Assembly: GCA_964439325.1 (NCBI GenBank) | Contig: CAYTNW010000008.1 | Coordinates: 69,440 to 133,439, forward strand | Length of the DNA: 64,000 nucleotides | Direction of reading: 5' to 3' | Source: an uncultured Leptospirales bacterium | GTDB taxonomy: Bacteria > Spirochaetota > UBA4802 > UBA5550 | Part shown: positions 9,387 through 19,453 of the stretch, in pieces | How positions within the stretch are numbered: the stretch's first letter is position 1 | Layout: every line of letters starts with the position of its first letter | Notes under the pieces: model-generated | Told to the model about the DNA's origin: nothing | What the model saw: only the letters and a program-made list of their open reading frames with translations | Database searches by the model: none | Position numbers and translations under genes: made by a program

Positions 9387-9989
9387 TTAACGTATCAGCG
9401 AAAGATAATCCTCTTTTATTGTATTGAAGATTTCGTTTCTGCCGAGCATGCCGTCAATTGTTACAAACCTCGAATCGGCGATCGACAAAAAATTTTTTCT
9501 TACATTTTCAAGGAATGACTGTTTTTCAAACAGCTCGGTTTTGCCGGAACCGGTTCTCAAAGAGATTCTCTTCATTGCTTCAACGGCCGGTATATCAATG
9601 AAGTAGACCCTGTCAGGTACAGGGAAACCCCTGTCTGTGTTACGGCGGATTATTTCCTCCGGAGTTATCTCCGCCGAACCCTGGTATGCGGCGTTTGAGT
9701 AAAAGTACCTGTCCATAACAATCGTTATGCCCTGTTCGAGGCACGGTTTTATATTGAGCTCGCAGTCCTGCATCCGGTCTTCGATGAACAGGTGTATCTG
9801 TTCTTCAACAGGGAGAGGGGTTTCCCCCTTGAGCATTTTTCTTATCTTCTGTCCGTATTCCCCCGACGTCGGTTCCGCAAGGAGTTTTACAGGCGTATTT
9901 TCAGAACGAATGAATTCATAGAGCATTGAGCATTGCGTCGATTTTCCGGAACCGTCTATCCCCTCGAAAACAATGAATTTGAATTTCAC
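9387..9989 (-). CDS. tmk: Thymidylate kinase
   Basis: FEGIDGSGKST P-loop, EPT, LFIEDR and MDRYFYSNAAYQG. Confidence 0.96.
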   Translation of the reverse strand: MKFKFIVFEGIDGSGKSTQCSMLYEFIRSENTPVKLLAEPTSGEYGQKIRKMLKGETPLPVEEQIHLFIEDRMQDCELNIKPCLEQGITIVMDRYFYSNAAYQGSAEITPEEIIRRNTDRGFPVPDRVYFIDIPAVEAMKRISLRTGSGKTELFEKQSFLENVRKNFLSIADSRFVTIDGMLGRNEIFNTIKEDYLSLIR

Positions 9990-10076
9990 GGTATATTATC
10001 TCCAGCAGTATTTTTTATCTATGATCAACATCAGAATTTAGCTGTGATATCTCCCTTCAACGGTATATCATTCATT

Positions 10077-10877
10077 TTACCGCCCGGACTGTCGTGCGTC
10101 TAATACCGGTCTGATCCCTTTCGTATATGTCAGGGCGGCGCCGATTGTGCACATGTTAAGCCCGAGGAATCCGATCAGCGGAATGAAGGAGATAACAAAA
10201 AATGAAAATCCGCACCCCAGAACAGCAGTTTTAAAACTCCAGGCGATACGTATCTTTTCTTTGAAACTGTATTTTTCCCTTTCAAGGGGAAAATCGTAAA
10301 ACTGAAACCCGTAAAAGAACAGTGCTGAAACGAAATTCAGAGATGCGTATATAAAAGATCCGCCGGGGAAAATATTCAGGAGAAATGTCAGAAGATTAAT
10401 TACTATTATAAGAATTATCAGCCTCAACGAATTGGATAACGCCCTCATTATGCCGGATAAACTTTCAGTAACAGAAAACTTTTCATCGCGGCCGCCGATT
10501 CCGAGTATCTTTTCTGTTTTAACTGAGAGAATCTCCAGAAACGGCGCAGAGATAACCGCTCCAGTGAAAGAGTATACGATCACTGAAAATATGGAAAGTA
10601 TTACAAACAGGACCGGTGAAATGAGCGCCCTGATAAACCTTATATACCAGATGTCTCCTGTCAGCACGGATTGCGTCAGCGGTACTAGAGATGTGTAGGA
10701 GAAATAGAAAACGGCTGACAGCAGTGCGATATTAAGAAAAAACGGAATTATAAAATATACAACCAGTCCTTTATTTTTCCATGCAAGCGGGATTGACCTG
10801 AAGGTGTTGAAAAATCCCGCCGTGAAAGAGCTCTCTTTTTTAAGACTGTCTTCTGGAAGATTTACTGTTGTCATCAC
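10077..10877 (-). CDS. EI24/CysZ-like membrane protein
   Basis: Multi-TM protein with ISAPFLEILS and FQFYDFPLER patterns. Confidence 0.75.
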   Translation of the reverse strand: MMTTVNLPEDSLKKESSFTAGFFNTFRSIPLAWKNKGLVVYFIIPFFLNIALLSAVFYFSYTSLVPLTQSVLTGDIWYIRFIRALISPVLFVILSIFSVIVYSFTGAVISAPFLEILSVKTEKILGIGGRDEKFSVTESLSGIMRALSNSLRLIILIIVINLLTFLLNIFPGGSFIYASLNFVSALFFYGFQFYDFPLEREKYSFKEKIRIAWSFKTAVLGCGFSFFVISFIPLIGFLGLNMCTIGAALTYTKGIRPVLDARQSGR

Positions 10878-10886
10878 ATACTCCGT

Positions 10887-11846
10887 TTAACCGAATTTCA
10901 TTGAAGCCTTTTTGAGCCTGTCCATTATCGCGAGTCCGAGGCCCGACCCTTCGACCCTTTCTGCATAGATCCTGTCGATTTCAAGCATGTCGAGCCAGTG
11001 AAGGTGCGAGAAGAGGTTAGCCGCCGCTTCTCTGATGTCCCCATTCTCTGAAAGGACCCTGGACCTCTCTTCCGGAACCGGGAAGTCAGGTTTTTTAAAA
11101 AAAAGATAACCGCTCTGATGATCGGTGTGTTCGATTTTATCGACCAGCACCAGACGCTTTTCAGGGGAGTAGTGATACGGAAGCTGGCCCGGAGATTCGG
11201 GCCTCTCTCCTGCGTGTTCAGTGATAAGCGTCTCTCCGGCGAACTCCTCAATCTCCTCTGCTGCTATGCCGCCCGGTCTAAGCAGATAGATTCTGTTGTC
11301 CATGATTTTGACTATCGTGGATTCAATTCCGATACTGCACGGGCCGCCGTCTATGATAATATCGACTGAATCTCCTAACTGGGCATAGACGTGCTGTGCG
11401 GTCGTCGGGCTCAGGCAGCCGAACCTGTTGGCGCTGGGGGCCGCGACCGGTGTTCCGGCAGCCCTGATCAGCGCCCTCGCTGCGGGGTGTACAGGCATCC
11501 TTACTGCGACCGTAGGCAGTCCGGAGGTCACTATGTCGGGGACTATGTCCCTTTTTTCAAGCACTATCGTAAGGGGGCCGGGCCAGAACCTCTCCATCAG
11601 TTTAAGGCTTTTCGGAGCAGTGTTTCGTGCAACGGTTTCCACTCCGGAAAGGTCGGCAATATGTACTATCAGCGGATCGAAGAACGGCCTTTTCTTTGCC
11701 TCGAATATTCCGGCCGAGGCTACAGGATTAAGAGCATCGGCGCCGAGGCCGTAAACGGTTTCTGTCGGGAACGCTGCCAGCCCACCTTTATTAATAATTC
11801 CGGCCGCGGTTCTGATATTTTCTTCTGTAGGTGTTACTATATTCAT
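10887..11846 (-). CDS. sua5: Threonylcarbamoyl-AMP synthase, Sua5 type with C-terminal SUA5 domain
   Basis: AFPTETVYGLGA, KKRPFFDPLIVH, AAPSANRFG and SPGQLPYHYSP. Confidence 0.95.
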   Translation of the reverse strand: MNIVTPTEENIRTAAGIINKGGLAAFPTETVYGLGADALNPVASAGIFEAKKRPFFDPLIVHIADLSGVETVARNTAPKSLKLMERFWPGPLTIVLEKRDIVPDIVTSGLPTVAVRMPVHPAARALIRAAGTPVAAPSANRFGCLSPTTAQHVYAQLGDSVDIIIDGGPCSIGIESTIVKIMDNRIYLLRPGGIAAEEIEEFAGETLITEHAGERPESPGQLPYHYSPEKRLVLVDKIEHTDHQSGYLFFKKPDFPVPEERSRVLSENGDIREAAANLFSHLHWLDMLEIDRIYAERVEGSGLGLAIMDRLKKASMKFG

Positions 11847-11977
11847 AAAGAACAGGTACTATAACAGATACGTTTTTTTCAAGCAGGTTTTTGATAATTT
11901 ATATTACAAAAAAGTCTTGATTCGATTATCGTTTAGTATAATCTGTTGTAAAATTCCAAAACGTGTGTTGATTAATT

Positions 11978-14632
11978 ATGAAAAAAGAAAAATCGGCTCT
12001 ATTTACAGCTCTTGCAGTAATCATCTGTCTTGCTTCCGGTTTTAACATGCTGAACGCGTCTCCGGCGGGGAGCGCGTTTCTTTCCGGAGGGAGCGCAGCC
12101 TTTACAGGGAGGGGCGGTACCGGTGTATCTGCCGCCGGAGGCGATCTCTCTCTGTCTAATCCCGCATCGATGGCAGTCATTGAGAGAAACAGTTTCGGAA
12201 TCAGCTACGGTTCTCTTAACGGCAGCTTCAGCTATCCGTTTTCGGTACTGGCAATCCCTACAGCCTACGGGGTCGCGGGTCTCGGCTTCGGTTATTTTTC
12301 CATTGATGATGCCGGCGGCAGGACGATGCAGCAGAAGGGATACGTGTTCTCGTTAGGCGCGGCAAAGGAGCTTACTTCAAGGTTTCTGTTCGGGCTCGCC
12401 CTGGACGGGATGTATTCTGATTATTTAAAAAAGAACTATTACGCCGGAATCAAACCCGGTTTTATATACAGGATCGACAGTTCCCAGACAAGAAACGGTT
12501 TCGGTTTCATAACACCGGCAATCGGCCTTTCGGTTGACGCGGGATTCAGCAGCGGTAAGGATGCGGACCTCAACTCGGTTACAGCAGGGTACAGTTTTAA
12601 TTTCTACAGAAGCAGGCTTTTTACATTAGGCTTCTATAATGATATTTCAGCGATTGATGGATACGGTAAATTTCCGGTGAAGTTCGGCCTTGAGGGCGAG
12701 ATCATGAAATCCTTTCTCCTCAGGTGCGGCGCTGTTGTTCCCGACAGCTACCGGTTTATGACATACACGGGAGGCGCGGGGTATAAATTTTCCGGGGAAA
12801 CGTTCAGTACCACATTAAATTATGCGGTAGCGTATTCTCCGGATGAGGGTGTAAACCATTTTGCCGGGATAACGGTCGAGTATGGAATGCTTGACCGGGA
12901 ACCTCCCGAGATTTCGATAAATCCCGATTACACATATATCTCCCCCAATTACGACGGGGTGCAGGATTATCTTATATTTGACATTAGCGTGCGTGACCAG
13001 AGCAGGATCAGGGGATGGAAGCTGCAGATCGCAGATGCAAAGGATGCCGTAGTGAAAGAGTTCAAGATGAGCGACAGGGAAGTGGACGACAGCCTTACGG
13101 TATCAGCTTTTTTCAGCAGGCTGCTGAGCACGAAAGACTCTCTGACCGTGCCGCCGAAAATTCTGTGGGACGGGTCGGATAATGCCGGGGGTAAGCTCCC
13201 CGACGGAAAATATAAATACTACTTCTACGCCTGGGACGCGAGAGACAATATCGCTCCCGTCAAATCGGGGATAATGGCTATTGACAATACGGTTCCTGCC
13301 GTTGGGATCACCACTGATTCGCTGATATTCTCTCCGAACGGCGACAAAAACAAGGATACTCTTGTAATCCGGCAGAAGATAAAATCCGCTCCTGAAGACG
13401 TATGGAAGGGTGATATAAAAAATTCAGCGGGGACTGTGGTCTTTACGCGGGAGTGGAACGGCGATTCCGTCCCTGAAAAATTTGTCTGGGACGGCAGCGA
13501 TACAAACGGAACCGTGCTTCCCGACGGGCTGTACTATTACAGCATCTCGTCTATAGACAAGGCCGGTAATAAAGCATCCGCCGACCTGAACGAGATTATT
13601 CTCACAACGCAGATGGAAAATGCTGATATACGTTTCGAGGACAAATATTTTTCATACAGCGCTGCCGGCAGATCAACGATAAGGCTGTTCCCTGACATCT
13701 CCTCGATCAAGGGGATGGAGAGATGGGAAGTCCTGATAACTGACAGCGAAAACAAGAACACGCTGCGTACCCTGGGTGGAGCGGGGGCCGTTCCCGCATT
13801 TATTGACTGGGACTGTCTCGACACAAACGGAAAACAGCTTGAAGACGGAACGTATAATATACGTTTCGCGGCCTGGTACTCAAGCGGCAACAATCCGGCG
13901 TCCTTCCCGAAGAAGATAGTATTTGACAGCAGAAAACCGGATGTAGGCATTTCGCATGAACCGGCGGTCTTCTCTCCTGACGGGGACGGTGAAAACGATT
14001 ACCTTGCGCTCAGGATGAAGGGAGAAGACAATACAGCAATAGAGAGATGGGATATCAGCATATTCAATGAGAGCGGTATACTGTTTAAAAAGTTCATCGG
14101 GAAGGGTGATGTGCCGCATGAACTGAAATGGGACGGGACCGGAGATAACGGCGAACTCGTCGAATCGGCGTCGGACTACGAGTTGCAGTTCACGGCCGTT
14201 GACCTTGCGGGAAATGTTTCTGAAAGCGCAAACGACAAAATAGCAGTCGATATACTTGTTATAGTCACCGAGAGGGGACTGAAGATGAGGATAAGCAACA
14301 TCGAATTTGCATTCGGAAGCTCGAACATACAGAAGAGGGGAATAAAAATTCTGGACCGCGTCTACCAGATCCTTGAAAAGTACAATACCTATAACGTCGT
14401 CGTGGAGGGGCATACCGATGATGTCGGAGACGAGGGCTACAACCTGAAACTTTCGGAGAGGAGAGCCCTTGAGGTGAGAGACTATCTTGTAAGCAGGGGG
14501 ACAAGGACAGACAGGCTGAAATATGTCGGCATGGGGGAAAGCTCGCCGTTCTATCCGAACTCAAACGATGAGAACAGGAGAAGGAACCGCCGTGTTGAAT
14601 TTCTTCTGATCAAGGAAAAACCGGTTAAATAA
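11978..14632 (+). CDS. OmpA-family envelope protein: N-terminal beta-barrel-like region, repeated FlgD-Ig-like modules, C-terminal OmpA peptidoglycan-binding domain
   Basis: Signal peptide, SNPASMA, three (I/F)SP(N/D)xDG(x)xDxL modules with WDG motifs, and EGHTDDVG...LSERRA...RNRRVEF. Confidence 0.88.
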   Translation: MKKEKSALFTALAVIICLASGFNMLNASPAGSAFLSGGSAAFTGRGGTGVSAAGGDLSLSNPASMAVIERNSFGISYGSLNGSFSYPFSVLAIPTAYGVAGLGFGYFSIDDAGGRTMQQKGYVFSLGAAKELTSRFLFGLALDGMYSDYLKKNYYAGIKPGFIYRIDSSQTRNGFGFITPAIGLSVDAGFSSGKDADLNSVTAGYSFNFYRSRLFTLGFYNDISAIDGYGKFPVKFGLEGEIMKSFLLRCGAVVPDSYRFMTYTGGAGYKFSGETFSTTLNYAVAYSPDEGVNHFAGITVEYGMLDREPPEISINPDYTYISPNYDGVQDYLIFDISVRDQSRIRGWKLQIADAKDAVVKEFKMSDREVDDSLTVSAFFSRLLSTKDSLTVPPKILWDGSDNAGGKLPDGKYKYYFYAWDARDNIAPVKSGIMAIDNTVPAVGITTDSLIFSPNGDKNKDTLVIRQKIKSAPEDVWKGDIKNSAGTVVFTREWNGDSVPEKFVWDGSDTNGTVLPDGLYYYSISSIDKAGNKASADLNEIILTTQMENADIRFEDKYFSYSAAGRSTIRLFPDISSIKGMERWEVLITDSENKNTLRTLGGAGAVPAFIDWDCLDTNGKQLEDGTYNIRFAAWYSSGNNPASFPKKIVFDSRKPDVGISHEPAVFSPDGDGENDYLALRMKGEDNTAIERWDISIFNESGILFKKFIGKGDVPHELKWDGTGDNGELVESASDYELQFTAVDLAGNVSESANDKIAVDILVIVTERGLKMRISNIEFAFGSSNIQKRGIKILDRVYQILEKYNTYNVVVEGHTDDVGDEGYNLKLSERRALEVRDYLVSRGTRTDRLKYVGMGESSPFYPNSNDENRRRNRRVEFLLIKEKPVK

Positions 14633-14647
14633 CGGAAAAGCAGCCAT

Positions 14648-15442
14648 ATGAGGGCCGTATTCTTTACCGATGTCGACGGGACGCTGATAGATCATCACAG
14701 CTATTCCCATGAGAAATCCCTGCGCGGGATCTCTCTGCTTGAAAAACAGAGCGTTCCGCTCGTTGCGGTATCGAGCAAAACATTCGATGAGATGTCCCTG
14801 CTGGTGAGAGAACTGAATCTGAAAAATCCCTTCGCCTTTGAAAACGGGTCGGGAATAGCGTTCCCGTCTGAAAAGGAGGGGGGCTTTAAGCTTGTACTGA
14901 ACGGGCCGGGTGTTGAAAACCTGATCCGGTTTCTCCCTGAGGTTGAAAAACTTACCGGGAAAAAACTTGCCGGGATTCCGGCAATGTCAGAAAAAATGAT
15001 CGTTGAGCTGACGGGGCTTGATTATACAAAAGCAACTCTTGCTAAAAAGAGGAGAACGACACTCCCTTTTATAGCGGACGGGACGCTGCTGCTCTCAGAT
15101 CAGGAGATAGTGAAGCTCAACAGAGAACTGAAAAGCACCGGTCTCTATGTAACAAAGGGTGGCAGGTTCAATCACCTTATACCATACGGTTCGGGAAAGG
15201 GGATTGCCGTAAAAAAAATTATTGAGTTTTACAGCGCTGAATATAAAGATGAAATTCTGACGGCAGGGGCGGGAGACAGCATCAACGATATTCCGATGCT
15301 CGAATCTGTCGACTATTCGTATGTTATCAGGAAACCTGATGGAAGCTTCATCAATTTCGCACCGGGAAAGGTTATGAACAGTGCGGGACCGGCCGGTTTC
15401 TCTGAAGCGGCGGCGGATTTTTTAAATATAATAGCAGGTTAA
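14648..15442 (+). CDS. HAD-IIB hydrolase, mannosyl-3-phosphoglycerate phosphatase family
   Basis: FTDVDGTL, SSKT, FENGS, GKG and GDSINDIPML. Confidence 0.85.
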   Translation: MRAVFFTDVDGTLIDHHSYSHEKSLRGISLLEKQSVPLVAVSSKTFDEMSLLVRELNLKNPFAFENGSGIAFPSEKEGGFKLVLNGPGVENLIRFLPEVEKLTGKKLAGIPAMSEKMIVELTGLDYTKATLAKKRRTTLPFIADGTLLLSDQEIVKLNRELKSTGLYVTKGGRFNHLIPYGSGKGIAVKKIIEFYSAEYKDEILTAGAGDSINDIPMLESVDYSYVIRKPDGSFINFAPGKVMNSAGPAGFSEAAADFLNIIAG

Positions 15443-15445
15443 ACA

Positions 15446-15886
15446 ATGGAAGCTCTGAAGGAACTACTGTATAAAATCGGATCATTTTGCGCGGATTTGA
15501 TCAAAATCGCAGTGGACTGGTTTATGGATCTTTCACTGCTGAATAAGATTATCGTGTTGAATACATTCACCTCCTTTTTCGCAATCACAATGCCGATAGC
15601 GAAGTATTATATATTCGAATCGTGGTTCGGCATAAATAATCCGGTTTCTGTTTATCTGATTCTGATTGTGATAATCATGTTTATTACGATTTTTTTTCAT
15701 GGTCCCGTTGTACTTGCGGGTAGGCTTATTGTCAACCTCTGGTACCTGGGATCTGTAATAGTCATTTCCGCGACTCATTCCATTTCGCACGCTCCCTACG
15801 TTCTGAGCATGGGATTTATATTCAATCTTGTGGCCCCTGTTATCTATATCGTAGTGTCCGCAATGGTTTTTCTGGAAGGGGAGTAA
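15446..15886 (+). CDS. Hypothetical membrane protein
   Basis: About four hydrophobic segments. Starts 3 nt after the HAD gene. Confidence 0.7.
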   Translation: MEALKELLYKIGSFCADLIKIAVDWFMDLSLLNKIIVLNTFTSFFAITMPIAKYYIFESWFGINNPVSVYLILIVIIMFITIFFHGPVVLAGRLIVNLWYLGSVIVISATHSISHAPYVLSMGFIFNLVAPVIYIVVSAMVFLEGE

Positions 15887-16151
15887 TAAATTCCCCCCGC
15901 ACCTGCTCTGGCAGGCTCAGTATATTGCCCGGAGGGTGCACGGCAAAAATACGGAAAATTTTGTTGATTTTTTAGCTGTATTTTTTTTGGTTTGAACTGT
16001 AATCAGCCGGTCAGACTGTATAGTATTAAAGCAGCAGGCAGCTGATATTTAAAGAAATTTATTTTTTAGCCCGCTATGCCGTCAGGCTGGAGGGGGGCAA
16101 AAGATGCCTTAATAAGGCAATAAAATCAATCTATTAAAAGGAGTTTAGTCA

Positions 16152-18023
16152 ATGAGTAAAAAACAGTTTCAGACAGAGGTTCACAGACTTTTACACCTTA
16201 TTATTCATTCACTGTATTCCCATAAAGAGATATTTCTGAGGGAACTTATTTCGAATTCATCGGACGCGCTGGACAAGCTTAAGTTTCTGACGCTGACCGA
16301 TGAAAAATATAAGAGCATCAGTTTTGAACCGAGGGTGGATATCTTTTTTGATCACGGAGAGAAGACCCTTACGATATCCGATACCGGCATAGGGATGAAC
16401 GAGCAGGAGCTGGACGAGAACCTCGGGACCATCGCCCGTTCCGGGACGAGAAATTTCGTCCATAACATGTCCGGTGACGAGAAGAAAGATTCGAACCTCA
16501 TAGGGCAGTTCGGAGTCGGTTTCTATTCAGCGTTTATGGTGGCTGATAAAGTTGAGGTCGTGTCAAAAAAGGCCGGTGAGAGCGATGCGTTCAGGTGGAC
16601 CAGCGACGGCAAAGAGGAGTACAGTATAGAACCCGCTGAAAGAGAGGGGCAGGGTACCACTGTAAAACTTTTCCTCAACGCAGAAGGGGAGGAGTACGCT
16701 AACAGGTGGTCAATACAGCAGATAATCAGAAAGTATTCAAACCACGTGCCGTTCCCGATATACCTTCATTACGAGGAGACAAAAACCGAGGGTGAAGGGG
16801 ATTCGAAGAAAGAGGTTAAAGAGAACAAGATAGACCAGATAAACTCCGCAGCGGCGATATGGAAACGTCCGAAGAGCGAGCTGAAGGAGGAGGACTACTT
16901 CGAGTTTTACAAACAGATATGCTATGACCTCGAGGACCCGCTGATTTATATGCATACGCAGGCTGAGGGGACCCTCGATTATTCGACGCTCTTCTATATT
17001 CCGACAAAGGCTCCGATGGACCTGTTCAGGGCTGACTACAAGGGGGGAGTCAAGCTCTATGTAAAACGCGTATTCATTACCGACGACGAAAAGGACCTTA
17101 TGCCTACATATCTTAGGTTCGTAAGGGGAATTATCGACTCTGAGGACCTTCCGCTAAATGTCAGCAGGGAGATTCTTCAGCAGAATAAGGTAATGGCCAA
17201 GATACGCTCCTCCTCTGTGAAAAAAATACTTACCGAACTCGAGGGCCTCAAAAATCACAACAGGGAGAAGTATAACAGGTTCTGGAAGGAGTTCGGTATC
17301 CCGGTCAAGGAGGGGCTGTACCAGGATTATGAAAACAAGGAGAAGCTCGTTGAGCTTGTGATGTACAAATCGACAAAGGGTGAAGACTACACGACGCTCT
17401 CCGAATATGTTGAAAGAATGGCGCCCGACCAGAATTCGATCTTCTACATCACCGGAGGGAAGGAGAATGTGCTGAGAAACTCTCCGCTGCTTGAGATGTA
17501 CAGGAACAGGAATATCGAAGTGCTGATACTCTCCGACGAAATTGACGAGATTGTAATCACCGCGGTCCCGAAGTATAAGGACTTTGAGCTGAAATCGGTC
17601 AACAGGAGCGATGCCGCCGACGATCTGAAGAGCGATGATGACAAAGAGAGGGAGAAGAAAATCGAGCCACTCGTAAAAAAGATCAGGGAAAAGCTCGGCG
17701 ACCACGTCAAGGATGTAATAGCAAGTACAAGGCTCAGCGACTCCCCGTCATGTATCGTTGCCGATGAGAACGATCCCACGGTGCAGATGCAGAGCATTTT
17801 AAAGGCCATGGGGCAGGATAATCTCCCGGAGTTCAAGCCGGTGCTTGAGATAAATCCCGATCATGAAATAATCAAGAAGCTTGAAAACACCACAGACGAA
17901 TCTCTTATCGAAGATATAAGCTTCCTGCTTCTTGAGCAGGCGATGCTGGTTGAGGGAATGGAGCTTAAAAATCCGAACAGCTTCGTATCGAGAATGAACA
18001 GGATTATGAATAAGGCGATATAA
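16152..18023 (+). CDS. htpG: Molecular chaperone HtpG (Hsp90)
   Basis: SLYSHKEIFLRELISNSSDA, LGTIARSGT, IGQFGVGFYSAFMV and LPLNVSREILQ. Confidence 0.98.
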   Translation: MSKKQFQTEVHRLLHLIIHSLYSHKEIFLRELISNSSDALDKLKFLTLTDEKYKSISFEPRVDIFFDHGEKTLTISDTGIGMNEQELDENLGTIARSGTRNFVHNMSGDEKKDSNLIGQFGVGFYSAFMVADKVEVVSKKAGESDAFRWTSDGKEEYSIEPAEREGQGTTVKLFLNAEGEEYANRWSIQQIIRKYSNHVPFPIYLHYEETKTEGEGDSKKEVKENKIDQINSAAAIWKRPKSELKEEDYFEFYKQICYDLEDPLIYMHTQAEGTLDYSTLFYIPTKAPMDLFRADYKGGVKLYVKRVFITDDEKDLMPTYLRFVRGIIDSEDLPLNVSREILQQNKVMAKIRSSSVKKILTELEGLKNHNREKYNRFWKEFGIPVKEGLYQDYENKEKLVELVMYKSTKGEDYTTLSEYVERMAPDQNSIFYITGGKENVLRNSPLLEMYRNRNIEVLILSDEIDEIVITAVPKYKDFELKSVNRSDAADDLKSDDDKEREKKIEPLVKKIREKLGDHVKDVIASTRLSDSPSCIVADENDPTVQMQSILKAMGQDNLPEFKPVLEINPDHEIIKKLENTTDESLIEDISFLLLEQAMLVEGMELKNPNSFVSRMNRIMNKAI

Positions 18024-18101
18024 AGGTTTAGGTACTTCCACTATCAATAGCTGATAAACACACGGAGATAACCTCTTAAAAAATCTGAATAATATATAAT
18101 A

Positions 18102-18326
18102 CCTCCCCCTGAATGGGGGAGGATAGGTGGGGGTGATAATAATAACTTGATGTATAACACCCTCCCCTATCCCCTCCTGACGGCCACGGACGGACCAGGC
18201 AGACGCGATTTCGACATCGTGTCTGCTGTTTGCAGGCAGTCATCCTGACTGCTCTGCCGCTACTGCGCGCTGTATACGGAAGTCCCCTTTTGGGAGATGC
18301 AGGTGAGCGGCTATCAGGGGAGGGGG
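18102..18326. repeat. Composite palindromic element with nested hairpins
   Basis: Hairpins CCTCCCCC/GGGGGAGG, GGATAGGTGGGGGTG/CACCCTCCCCTATCC, GCAGACGCGAT/ATCGTGTCTGC and GCAGTCA/TGACTGC, with an outer stem CCCCTCCTGACGGCC...GGCTATCAGGGGAGGGG. Confidence 0.75.
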
Positions 18327-18438
18327 ATTCAGATAACTTTATTTCCCTGACCCAGACTGCAATAAAAAGAACTTGCCCTTTACGGGGTAAAGTTTCACAA
18401 TAATCAAAACTGTAAGTTTTTTTGCGGAGAAAAAAATC

Positions 18439-18897
18439 ATGTCTGATAATATAATAGAAATTCTGAGAAACAAGAAGGCGCGGTTTGAGTATGAGATACT
18501 TGATACCTATGAAGCAGGCATTGCACTGAAAGGGACCGAGGTAAAATCGATCCGTCAGAAGAAAGTGAACATACAGGAAGCATACGCTTATATAAAAAAC
18601 GGAGAAGTCTTCATAACCGGAATGAACATCTCCCTGTACGAGATGGGCAACTTTTTCAACCACGATCCGCTGCGGGACAGAAAACTCCTTCTTCATAAAC
18701 ATGAGATAAAAAGACTGGTGGGAAAACTGAACGAAAGGGGCTACACTCTGGTTCCTCTGAAGATGTATATCAAAAACGGGAAGGTCAAGCTCGAACTGGG
18801 GCTTGCAAAGGGTAAAAATGTCCACGACAAACGCCGTACGATCCAGGACAGGGACATGAAGAGGGATATGCAGAGAGAGATAAAAAAATACGTTTAG
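18439..18897 (+). CDS. smpB: SsrA-binding protein
   Basis: NKKARFEYEI, EAGIALKGTEVKSIR, RKLLLHKHEI and GKNVHDKR. Confidence 0.98.
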   Translation: MSDNIIEILRNKKARFEYEILDTYEAGIALKGTEVKSIRQKKVNIQEAYAYIKNGEVFITGMNISLYEMGNFFNHDPLRDRKLLLHKHEIKRLVGKLNERGYTLVPLKMYIKNGKVKLELGLAKGKNVHDKRRTIQDRDMKRDMQREIKKYV

Positions 18898-19152
18898 CGA
18901 TTTAGTTTACTTCGACAGGCGCCGGCTTTCGTTTAATTTACCAAAGATAAAAAATCATGTCTGTATCTTCATAAAAACCGTGATCCACTCAGGCTCGCCG
19001 ATAGCGGCATAGCATATCTCCGGACACTTATACCGGGTATGATTTATTATGCACCGGAATACCGGAAAAAAATATCCCCCGGATGAAACCAGCCGTTTAT
19101 CCCGAAATTTGTCCTTTTATTTATCTGCTGTTTTTCGTCAAGATAGTGATTG

Positions 19153-19290
19153 TTACAATTATGTAAAATTTTATTATTTTGCCTTTTTTCGCGGTCACTT
19201 CATTTAAAGTCACTTGACAGTCAAGTCTGCAAATATTACAAAATTGTTAAATTTTAACTTTTTTGCAATATTTATGTTACGATTAGGTAA
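19153..19290 (+). promoter_or_regulatory. Putative gdh promoter/operator region
   Basis: TTGACA (19214) lies inside a perfect palindrome ACTTGAC-A-GTCAAGT. TTAC-N6-GTAA-like dyads occur at 19153, 19236 and 19277. Confidence 0.35.
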
Positions 19291-19453
19291 AATTATCTTT
19301 TTTTCTTTTAAATAATCATACCCGGGCTTGTTCAACAGATAAATAATCTGGTGATTGTATAACCGGTGATCCGGATGAGGGATAACTGGCCGGTCGATTT
19401 ATTGAAAAGCTCAGGGGAAGATATTAAAATTATTATATTCTGGAGTAAAACAG

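Noticed and set aside
16065-16105. CIRCE operator upstream of htpG (TTAGCCCGC...GGGGGCAA)
   Set aside because: Poor match to TTAGCACTC-N9-GAGTGCTAA, and the spacer is about 17 nt rather than 9.
18076-18825. 249-aa minus-strand ORF
   Set aside because: It is an antisense shadow of smpB plus the repeat element.
18431-18963. 15-bp direct repeat AAAAAATCATGTCTG flanking smpB (18431 and 18949)
   Set aside because: It is low-complexity and A-rich with no mobile-element context, so chance cannot be excluded.
18898-19300. tmRNA next to smpB (TTCGACAGG at about 18911)
   Set aside because: There is no GGGG 5' acceptor stem, tag ORF or TCCACCA end.
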